DNA of 62,251 bases, filler included, from Basidiobolus ranarum (Eukaryota), in the NCBI GenBank assembly GCA_040143965.1. It is 2 parts of 2 records of this genome, joined end to end, with 100 filler letters (N's around TTAATTAATTAA, not from the genome) between each part and the next. Parts side by side here need not be neighbours in the genome. Positions count along the whole stretch, not along the records: positions 1 to 31,109 come from JASJQH010006967.1; positions 31,210 to 62,251 come from JASJQH010006968.1. One strand, 5' to 3'. Positions within the stretch are counted from its first letter, which is position 1. Each line of letters opens with the position of its first letter. The notes beneath the pieces were generated by a model, which saw nothing but the letters and a program-made list of their open reading frames with translations, did no database searches and was not told where the DNA came from. Below, piece after piece: positions 25,005 to 35,700 of this stretch. The translations under genes and the position numbers were made by a program.

Positions 25005-25143
25005 CTACTATAATAAGAAGTGTAGCTATAATAAAGCGTGTAGCCAGAACAAAAAGCTTAGTTATAATAAAAAGTGTAGCTATAATAACGAGCATAGCTA
25101 TAATAAAAAGAAAAGTGTGCTATTATAAAATGCGTACTATAAT
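25005..25143. repeat. Degenerate 18-bp minisatellite (AGCTATAATAAAAAGTGT), about 7-8 units
   Basis: agctataataaagcgtgt / agccagaacaaaaagctt / agttataataaaaagtgt / agctataataacgagcat / agctataataaaaag..., with more degenerate flanking units. Confidence 0.8.
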
Positions 25144-26021
25144 TGGTGCATGATGTAACCGTTAGTCTTGGCTTAGAGCAATTCTCCGATAATACAGAAT
25201 TGTAATTGCGAAATTACTCACTGCATGATTGGCTTGCCTCAATACGAGAGCCATATGAATCTCGGATGCCACTTCTGGATTGAAAAATCGGTTTCGTGCG
25301 AACAATCTATATCTCCTGATAATATAACGACTCCTATGTATTCCCTAAAGAATATTGCTTTGGAATATTATGATGCTGATTTCTTAAGTGATGGAACATT
25401 TCCATCTGATGTAAAGAACCGGGAAAGCTACATCCAGAAAGAATATTGTGTCAAGTCGCACTATTTTGGTCTACTGGTGTTCCTGTCATACTCCACGTGC
25501 TTGTTGGAATAAATCCTGAAATTCAGGCGAACAAAATGAATTACGCCTCTTCTAGCGTTGATGGTGCAATATTTTTCTAATCTAAATCGAGTGATCCAAA
25601 TTCTTATATCAGTTTAGCTTTTCAGATTTCGATCTAGCCAATGTTGGGCGAGTGGATGATTTACATGGAGCAATTTCACACCTCAAAGTCGACATCTCGA
25701 TGCTATGGCGAGAATATCTCTGATTCTATATATACCTAAAGCATTGCTAATAGAGTGGGATTCCTGTTGATGAACGTTCACTGAATTCCAAATATTGAAA
25801 GTTGCTAGATGTGTGAAGTTGCACATCTTACTTGTTTAAAGGTTAATTAGGGTAGAAATCATATTCTTTGAGGATAGAGCAGTCGTGTTTTCTGGAAATA
25901 CTAGGATATCACGCCATACTTCAAAGAATATGAAGCAGTACTCATCGTTATTCTCCACAATAAATTGCTTTCATTGATACATAAAAGGGCCAGGTATCAT
26001 ACCCAAGGGAAGATACTAGCT

Positions 26022-28584
26022 ATGCCTTCCAGAATAAGAACTTCTACCATTGACGAAAACAGGGAGAAGCCCTCAATCGACAACCACGCTGAGAAAAATG
26101 ATTTTGAAGAAATATTCAAATCAGAAGAAAAAGTCACCTCTTCTGACGAGAAAGATCCTGAACTAGATGGAATCCCCGAACTGGTCAAAGAAATTGTATC
26201 AATGGAAGATGATCCGACCCTCCCAACGTTAACTTTCAGGTAAGTAGTTTGCATGCCATGTCAGATATCTTCCATATATAACTAATGCTAGCAAATATCA
26301 GATTCTTTGTGCTTACTATAGTATTTGTGGGTCTTGGTGCCTTCGTCTCACAATTGAGTTGGTTTAGAACGACCTCAGCCCCGTACTCCTTGTTCTTTGT
26401 TCAAATCTGTACTCACTGGGCTGGCAGGTGGATGCATCAGATTCTTCCACCAAAGGAGATCAATATTCTGGGCTTCAAGTTCAATCTCAACCCCGCGCCC
26501 TTCTCCATTAAGGAACATGTTCTTATCACTCTTAGTGCTAGTGCAGGAGCTACCTCTAATTTAGGAGAAATTATCGTTTCGGTGAAGGATTTGTTTTACC
26601 ACGAGCATATGAATCCATTTGGGGCTATTGGTATGTACAACTACAACAAATGAATTCAATATTCTCAATCATTTGGTTAATCAAACTCCAGCTTTGATGG
26701 TGTCTACAATTTGGACTGGATACTCATTCGCAGCTCTTGCTAGAAATTTTCTGATTTATGACCCAGAGCTTGTCTGGCCAGCTGCCTTAATGCAAACTAC
26801 GTTATACCGTACACTACGTAGTGATGGTGTTCTCAATGATAGTTCTAAAAAGCAAATGAAGGTATTTTGGTTGGTTTTGGCTGGAGTATTTGTATGGCAA
26901 TTCTTCCCAGAATATATATTTCCCTTTACCTCGAGTTTGGCCGTTCTATGCTGGTTTGCGCCCTACAATGATAATGTCAAATTCGTTGGGTCTGGATTAG
27001 GAGGCATGGGTGTTCTAAATTTCACTTTAAACTGGTCTAATATCACTAGTTCGATCATGCTCTACCCCTGGTGGACCCAAGTAATAGGATTTGTAGCTTT
27101 CGTAATTAGTGTTTGGATCTTGGTTCCACTTTCATACTTTGGAAATCTATGGGGTGGACGTGACTTCCCCATTATGTCCAATCGTTTGTTTACTGCCAAT
27201 GGCGAGAAGTATCCCTTTCAAAAATTGATGACTGCAGATATGAAATTCAATCAGACAGCTTACGAAGAATACGGAGAAGTCCATATGGGCACTTATAATC
27301 TTTGGTAAGCTAACGGATTGTGATGTTCCCTTTGTGACTCGATGCTTATAGTGATTGATATTTTCAGGATCATTTTCTTTGGATACTGTACATTCATTTC
27401 TGCATTCATGTACATCGGGCTGTTTGCTGGCCCCAAACTCGTGAAAACTTTAAAGCGTCTTTACAGACGTGAACCGCGAGCCGAACCAGACAGGCTGAAC
27501 AAATTAATGGCTGCCTATCCTGAAGTTCCATTCTGGTAACTCCTGAACGCAATGGAATGATCCAGAGACATTTAATTAACTGGTTGATTATTATCCTAGG
27601 TGGTACGCAGTTCTATTTATATGCTGTTTCACTACCATGACCATCTTGATATTCACCCAGGACCTCTATATCCCTTGGTAAGAACTTTGCATATATGCTC
27701 TAAAATAAGGGACTAATTTCCAGATACTTGATAGGTGGACATATGTTGTTGGTGTTGTCATTGGCGGAGCGACAGTCATACCCATGGGGTATATATATGC
27801 AATCAGTAATTATCAAGTTGCTGTTGGAACATTTAATGAATTGGTCTATGGCTATTTGGCACCAGGCACTCATCCAGTAGGCTCACTTGTCTACCGAGTG
27901 GTTGCTGGACAATGCTGGTATCGTGCTCAAACCATTCTTCAGGATCAAAAGATTGGCCACTACATGCATATCCCACCACGCGCCACCTTTTTCTCTCAAT
28001 TATGGGGCAATATAATTGGCATACCCATCAATTATCTGGTCATTCGTTGGGTGATTGATAGCAAACGTGCCTTTCTGGATGGAACCCAAAAGGATCCACT
28101 TAATCAATGGACAGGCCAAAATCCCACCAGCTACAATAATTCGGCAGTCCAATATGGCTTGGTTGGACCCGCTCGTCTTTTCCAGTCAACCATCTACTCA
28201 CCACTTCTATGGGGATTCTTGGTCGGAGTGATAGTTCCTATCATCCTTTACCTCTTACACAAGAAGTTTCCCAAGGGGAGATTTGACCTCTGGAACGTTA
28301 CCATCTTTTCTTCCAACATGGAGATCTTTTACGGAAACGTGTCCAATGGTCCCCTGACGCAAATTCTTGGTGGATTTTTCTGTATGTTCTATCTCTTTAG
28401 GTATCGTCATGAAACTTGGAGAAAATACAACTATCTTGTAGGCGCAGCTGCTGACACCGGCTATAACCTTGCCCTAATGTGCATCTTCCTCTTTTTCGGA
28501 GCATTTGGTAGTGTTGCCATGCCTCATTGGTGGGGTAATGATCCAGTCTCTGTGGAAAAGTGCTATGGATCTAAAGCAGGTTAG
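26022..28584 (+). CDS. OPT-family oligopeptide transporter, multi-exon
   Basis: EDDPTLPTLTFR, LNPAPFSIKEHVLIT, YPEVPFWWY, DQKIGHYMHIPPR, WRKYNYLVGAA and WWGN motifs. Confidence 0.92.
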
Positions 28585-29053
28585 CATTGCTGTGTAATGT
28601 CGAATTCTTCCAACAATGAATGCACTAAGTAATGCCACTATATAATGCAAGCACATATCCTCTAATACCAACACTAAATTTTATGGCTCCGACTGTGAAA
28701 TCATGTCGATTCCTATGCATTTACATTAAATCAATAAAACTTATACAGCTTCCACCAATAAGCAATCAATGAAAGCCACACTGATATTTAACTACACTCC
28801 AAAGATTTTTCAAAACCTATTCATGTTTGAGAGCATTAAAGTAAGTGGAATTGGTGGTATCAGGAAATTCAGAATCATGTCATAGGTGCTATATGTCAGG
28901 TTCAAGGGATGCTAAATGCTATCCTCTGTGCATATACTTTATCTATGATATATGTAATGTATTGCCACTGAAAGAATTGAGACAGCTAAAGTTTTCCAGT
29001 AGCCAGTAAGCAAACTACTAGCCTCTGACTAACTCTAGGCCACTATATATATA

Positions 29054-29926
29054 ATGCAAAGGTTTCATAAGATGGAGCATTGCAAAGTGACAAAACCTTT
29101 CTGGGAGGCGACCGTTCGCCAAGGCCTGACCATGAAAGAGAGGATGTCTTTAATCAGAGAAATTCCTACGATGACAGGTGAATCGATATCCAATGCATTG
29201 GGAGTTCCGTATGACGTGAGGGCTTTTAAGTGCTATAATATTGCTCAAGCCTTTCTCTACACTACTGTGAAAGAAAGAATTGACGGATCAGAGACGATGA
29301 CAATCCCATATCTCGGAAAACGGTACTTGGGAGAGCGTATGATTAGCAAATATGCTTGCAAGCGTCATCATGACAAGTACTTCTATGATGTATCCATCAA
29401 AGGAAAGGAGGAACAAATTGAGATCGCTCATCGTCTAGTAGATCGCCTAATTGAAGCTCCTACGTTAGACGAATTCATTACGCTCTTAGAAAATGGTATC
29501 ACTGAAGGGTGGGTTCATTGGTCAATTGTGAATAGCAACACCCTGGGTTATTTCAAATCGAATAATAGGCTAATCAACTTGAGTCAAGAAGTTCCTCTTC
29601 GTGCCGACAAACTGAAGATATTTATCCTAGGCTGTACCACATTTTATGGCGAGTCCGATAATTCGCCATATGGAAAAATGGTGTGGAACAATGACAATGT
29701 GCTTATTGTTCCTTCGATAGTTGTATATAAGAGGTTCTTCGAGTCCGAAGATGTGTGGAACAACTTGTATGAAGAGTATCAGAAACGTAGAATGCATCAC
29801 TGTCGTGAAAAGGTGAATCGACATGGTCACTCCAATAGTCTACCTTCCTTCTGGGCATTTGGATGCCCAATGCTGGAAACAATGCAAGGAGCAGTTTCAG
29901 TAGAATTTTTCAAGACTACTGCTTAA
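29054..29926 (+). CDS. Hypothetical protein, 290 aa, intronless, no recognised domain
   Basis: Long uninterrupted ORF with globular-protein composition in an AT-rich region with no other long ORF. Confidence 0.6.
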   Translation: MQRFHKMEHCKVTKPFWEATVRQGLTMKERMSLIREIPTMTGESISNALGVPYDVRAFKCYNIAQAFLYTTVKERIDGSETMTIPYLGKRYLGERMISKYACKRHHDKYFYDVSIKGKEEQIEIAHRLVDRLIEAPTLDEFITLLENGITEGWVHWSIVNSNTLGYFKSNNRLINLSQEVPLRADKLKIFILGCTTFYGESDNSPYGKMVWNNDNVLIVPSIVVYKRFFESEDVWNNLYEEYQKRRMHHCREKVNRHGHSNSLPSFWAFGCPMLETMQGAVSVEFFKTTA

Positions 29927-30516
29927 AGCACGTGGGATGTTGTGGCTTGTAATATCTAGTGATTACATTTGTACACTAACTTTAGGTGCTATATATTGTA
30001 ATTGGCTACTTGTCTAAATCTACAAAATACTGCTTCTTACTACAAAAATAATCTTAGTTTAGGAAACTTCTACATTCATTCTCCACCTGGCTCAACTGTT
30101 CAAACCTTCCTACTTTTTGTATAGAATCTTATGGAATAAAGCTTACACCATAGTTGCTGACAAATCCACTTAGGGTTAGGTTAGCTGAGTATTGCCTTAT
30201 AAAAGTTTTGTCTACTTAACAGGTGGGACGGAAGAGAGAATAGCAGGAACTGGACACTTAGAAGATTGCTATCAAAGGCTAGATAAATGATGCACCAAAG
30301 CCATTACTGGAGCTTGCTTTAAAGAGCGATGTGAGAAAAAATTGAAGAACACAGAAATGGCGCCACAGGATCTTGTTTTAGAAGTGTACTAAGAAAATAC
30401 CAACTATATCTTCAAGTTAGGCGAAATACTTCGAAGCAGCAAGAGTATGGTGCATAGTATTCCTATAAAAGAGGGAAAATTTTATTCGAAATGCATTCAA
30501 GCATTTTCTTTTCATC

Positions 30517-30916
30517 ATGCCTTCCAAGGTCTTCTGTCTTCTTCTTTCTGTTTTAGGCGCTGCAAATCTTGTTACTGCAAATTATTACAACATTTCTTCT
30601 GCAGGTGGTTACATCGACGGAAGTAACATGGTAGGTTCATGACTTTCCTCAAAGTATTAAGGATTTATATTAACATGAAAAAATTCATTCTTCATGCTGA
30701 TAACAAGCAGGTATCCAATTGTTTGATGATTATAGTGACGATCTTACTAGTCCTTTCTTTGCGTAATCTTTATCCCTACAATGTGATCGTGCCAATCCCA
30801 GCTTCATCTCTTTCATGACCAGTGCTGGAATTTTCATGGTTGACTGCCCTATTCCTCAGCAGAGTGGTTACAAAAGTACTTATAGAGCCTCATGCAGCTG
30901 GTATAAGGCTAATTAG
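30517..30916 (+). pseudogene. Small secreted protein gene with an apparent premature stop
   Basis: TATAAAA at about 30464. Signal peptide MPSKVFCLLLSVLGAANLVTA. Putative intron 30635-30710. In that phase exon 2 has TAA at 30764-30766 and then stays open to TAG at 30916. Confidence 0.5.
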
Positions 30917-31109
30917 AATGGATCTGCAGGATGTAACTAATACATCAATCGTTCTCAGTTAAATTTGTAACCCTACGAGAAACATTCCACCGTGATGTAT
31001 AGGGGGATGAAAAGCACCAGATGGTGTGGACTTTATTTAGCTTAAATACTAATCTAAACAAAGTGACAATCAAGACATCAATCTTTTAAGATATTGTGAC
31101 AATACTGGA

Positions 31110-31209
31110 NNNNNNNNNNNNNNNNNNNNNNNNNNNNNNNNNNNNNNNNNNNNTTAATTAATTAANNNNNNNNNNNNNNNNNNNNNNNNNNNNNNNNNNN
31201 NNNNNNNNN
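31110..31209. other. Assembly gap (N run with TTAATTAATTAA linker)
   Basis: Ns flank a 12-mer that has stops in all six frames; this is an assembly artefact. Confidence 0.97.
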
Positions 31210-31210
31210 T

Positions 31211-31590
31211 ATATTATATCATTTCAATATTGGAGAGTAGTGTCCTAGGTAGATGTTTCTGAAAATCTTACGACAAGTAAGACATACTTGCTCAAATCTA
31301 GTATAATCACTTAAAATGGATATTTGTTTGAAATTCTACTTATTTTAAACAAATGATTCTTTTGAAATCATTATGTATTATATCATTGCAACATTGAAGA
31401 GTAGTGCTTTAGGTCAATGTTTCTGAGAATCTTACGACAAGTAAAACATACCTGCTCAAATCTAGTGCAATTACCTAAAGTAGCTTTTTGTGTAAAACTT
31501 GGCTTTCTTTTAATTGAATAGATCATCTTGAAATTTTATCATGTTTTTATAGATATGTTCCACAAGATTCTACGGCAAGTAAAACATGTT
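31211..31590. repeat. About 164-bp diverged tandem repeat abutting the gap (2 copies plus a partial one)
   Basis: tattatatcatt..gagtagtg..tagg..atgtttctga.aatcttacgacaagtaa.acatac.tgctcaaatctagt starts at both 31212 and 31376. The core tacggcaagtaaaacat recurs at about 31571. Confidence 0.8.
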
Positions 31591-32784
31591 TGAGAAACAT
31601 TTCAAAATCAAGTAACATATTGAAATACATTGCATATGATATATTTAGGTTGTGAAGGAGCTGACAATATTATTTATCAAAATATGCCTAGTATTATCAT
31701 ATGATCATTGGTACGTCAAGAAAACACTTTTTCAAGCTTGTTTCAAATTGCATGAAATTCCTTATTAGTTACTATTACTATTGAATCAAGAGCAGTATTT
31801 TCATATGAAACTGAAATTTTTCAACGTTACGTTATCTGAAACCTGTGTTATGTAAACACTCACCATTACGTTAAGAAGAGTCTCAATTATATATTAGCAA
31901 GAGTTCCAAATAAAGAATGCTCTCAATTTCGAATTTATTATCCTATTTAGGATAAAATTGGCTTAATCTATGATTCTGTAAACACCCATATAAAGTGCTG
32001 ATATTATGTCAGTATATATATGACTCAATCAATTTATATGTAAGGGATGTGAAACCCAAAGATACGTCAGTTGAGGATTACCACTTTGAGTACCAATCTC
32101 AATATATCCCCAAATTGTGATCTACTCGTGCACAACCTGATTGGTTCGAAAAGAGTGGAGGTAAAGGCCAGAAGCAGATTTAGTAGGCCCTAGATTGTCA
32201 ATACCTCGGGTAGAAATAACATGACTAATGGTTGATGAGGTTTTGATCGATTGCTACTTTCACCGAAACACATGTTCTCAATTTAAGGCTGTTCATTGTC
32301 TAGTGCATCCATCTCGGAAATGGTCACCTGATCATGGTGAGTCCACTTATTCGATATCATTCTCCAGATATCTAATGGTGAACTGGAAATACTTTGATGA
32401 TTCTCGGAAAATCAATGCAAGCCTGCTAGTTTGATATTAATGCATCTGTAGTGAATGGATTTACGAGTGAAGGGAATCCACCGTGTGTATCAGCGTTGTT
32501 CCAATTTTTCATTTCGCTATCTTTGCAGATGGTAGAAAAGGTATCCACTAACTCTTTCAAAACCTATATAAAGCTGCTTAATCTCGCTCCCTCCATTATA
32601 TTAGCTTTGTTTAATAGAACAAGTACAAGCCATATACAGTACTTATAAGTCCTATATTACGGTATTGGCTAGTCAGAGACTCATTTCATCATAAGATTGT
32701 ATTTTCGAGAGGTTATTGTATTATATTTACGAATCAATAATTTACCTAGTTTTAGTATTATACATAATTTTAGTGAGAATTTCC

Positions 32785-35700
32785 ATGCAATCGTCAATTT
32801 GTTCAGAGTTGTTACATCACTTGCCACTATCACAATATCTACGCCAAGTCTCACACCACCATAATTATTATCTAACTCCAGCTGTCCAGTCTGAGATTCT
32901 AATTGCTTTTCTTACTTCTCTATGCGCCAACAACGATGAATACCAATACATTCTATTCCCCGATAAAGATAACCCCGACGTAAGCGAGAGTGGTACAGAC
33001 AATCACGAACTTCCAGCAGCTCACCGACCAAATCACTGTGGACATTTATTTGGAGACGGGGAGGTCGTTTATCACTGCAGGTGATTTTAGTTAAGAATAT
33101 ACTTCATGTACAATTGAATCATTTTGTTAATACTTGACGGTATGCTACACAAGAACATGTGCTGTTAATAATACATGTTCCCGGTGCTTTCTATCCACCA
33201 ACCACCAAGAGCATGATACCCACTCTTCGATAAATCCAGGGGTTTCTGAACGTTGTTCTTGTGGAGATTCTGGCGAATACGATGGCCTATCTTGCTCACA
33301 TCACTCCACAAAATGCGACTCTTCTGATGAGTATTCATCAGTTGACTCCTTAATGGATACTAAACAAGTGCTACCGGACGATTTGTTAGAATCTGTGCGT
33401 AAAACAGTCGCTACAGTATTAGACTTCATATTGGAAACCTGTCTATTTTCTCCTCCAAGATGGAGCGCACAAGCCTTCGATCTTGAGAGCATAAAAAAGG
33501 AGGCACTTTTATCTGGGCGGTGCATTTCGCCTGACGAAGTTGAGCAAACTACCTACGCGTGTGTTCTCTGGAATGATGAATATTACAATTTTGATGAGGC
33601 TATCACTCAAATTCAAAGCGCAACTGGATGTTCAGATGAAATGGCCACTCAGACCATCAACAATGTTCACAATCATGTAAGTGGACTTGAATAGCATCGA
33701 ATTGTTTTCAATTGTTTCATATTTATAACTTGCACCAATTCTAGGGGCGGGCAATAGTTGATATATCTACAGATATTGAGCGTTTGATCAATATCGTCTC
33801 AACTTTATCTTCCATAGGTCTGCATGTTACAATCCGTTCAGGAAGGGATACATTTCGTGAAGAAGTTGTTGGTATGCTTCTGGATTGGTTGAAGGAGCTT
33901 TGTTCAACACAGCCTGGCGAGGTGTCGACTATACTAATGCAGATAGTTGGTGATCAGCTTAGAGAGACCTGGAAAAATGAATCTGTCGATATCAGAGAAG
34001 TACTGGAAGCGTTACACTTTATTCCCCAGGACATTGTTAAATTTGATCTACTATTACTGTATGACGCGTGCTTATGGAAGGAAGCAAAGGCTACGTTGAA
34101 GGAGTTTTACTTTTTGATCTTTGGAAGTACTTCGCATATGAGGCAATTTATCGGTACAGTACTCTATGAATCACATAGATAGTAGTAGACTTCTGAAATA
34201 CTCACCTATCTACAGCTTCCAGGTTTGCTCTTATCTACCCTCAGCTTTGTGAGAATATTTTGGTGTACAATCAGGAGTTCGAAGAGTCCATCATGCTATT
34301 CTCAGTGGAGATCTTCACCGTTCCTCTGCTATCTGCAACATTGGTACGTGAATACAACTTCATCACTACAATGCTGCTTATACTGCGCTCATATTTCCTA
34401 CACGATGAAATATTCCTGAAAGAGATTGCGGAATGCGATAATGTAATGGTCAATTGTGAATCCTTGGCCATGACTAATCGTAGGTGTTTTCATATCTTCG
34501 ATGATTTGAGATACTTGATGTACTCTGAAAACGTGAAATCAATCGTCCCTCTCCAACCACAGCTTCTCACACAATACATCCGGTTCATATCTATATTTCA
34601 AGGTATGAACCCTACCAAGCGATGTGTTGATGATCACGCCGAGTATGAAGCTGAGGCTACCGAAAACGCTATGAATGCTACGATATATGTGGCTGAACTA
34701 AATCGCAGCTTCTCCGGGTGTTACAAAAGTGATGGAAAAGTGCTAGGGGATGCCATTTTGCAAACGATTGACCGGATCTCCTTTTGGATGAATGCCTCCA
34801 GACCCGAGGGCTCTGTCTATCCCGTACCCAAGTTCAAACTCGAAAGAGGAGTGGCCATTATTGACTATCAGACTTATACTCAGTTTATTTCTCTCCATCA
34901 CCCGTTGCATTGGTACCTTAGCCAATTGCTAGAGAATGTGGAGTGTCTGGAAGAGGAGACGCTAAAGAAATACCACTGGAAAAGCTTGTTTGATTTGCTC
35001 ACAAGCTCAGTGTCAATTGAAGAAGCTTCTGGTGCCGATATAAAGCACCTGCTAATGCTGTTTGACCATCCCATCAGAGGTATGTGCACAGTGACCAGCC
35101 ATTGGATGAGCTTTTATTGATAATGTTTGATTTTGTAGTATGTGCCCTCCTTGCACAGAGCAATGCTGGAGTATGGAACAAAAATGGACCTACAACCAAA
35201 GAGCAGGTATGAGTTATCCTGCCTTTTTTGCTGGGTTTCTGGCCATACATTTGGCTAATTATATTGATTCTATCAGGTTGAGCAATTCTTGGATCCATCT
35301 TTAAGAGAAAACACCTATGATCTGGACTTGTTGCTCGTTCAGACTGCTTTTTCCGTCCTTCCTCCTGATCAAGTCATGTTGACCATTTTAGATAGGTATG
35401 CGTTGCTTGATTGGACCAATGGCAATGACTATTTAGATCTCAAATTATATGATGAATCACAGTTCTCGATTATGATTGAAGAGCTGCTCCACCTCTTGAT
35501 CTTATGTGTGGGTGATCGTTCCACCATCACCAAGATGCCAATAAGAGATAGGGTGATGCGGGAGATCATCCACCGCTGTGTACAGCCTATCGCGTATTCG
35601 GTACTTACAGAGCGTATTTCGGAGCGTTTTACAGAGCTTGAGGCTTTCGACGAGATCCTCAAAAACGTTACCGACTTTAAGCCCCCTAATGGTATTTACG

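Noticed and set aside
24896-25153. Short ORFs on both strands over the minisatellite
   Set aside because: By-products of an 18-bp stop-poor repeat. Also not a CRISPR array: no spacers and a eukaryotic context.
31154-31165. TTAATTAATTAA palindrome inside the N run
   Set aside because: Artificial all-frame-stop linker in a scaffold gap; not biological.
32030-32650. Short ORFs and a possible transposase relic upstream of UBR1
   Set aside because: No convincing motif or terminal repeats.
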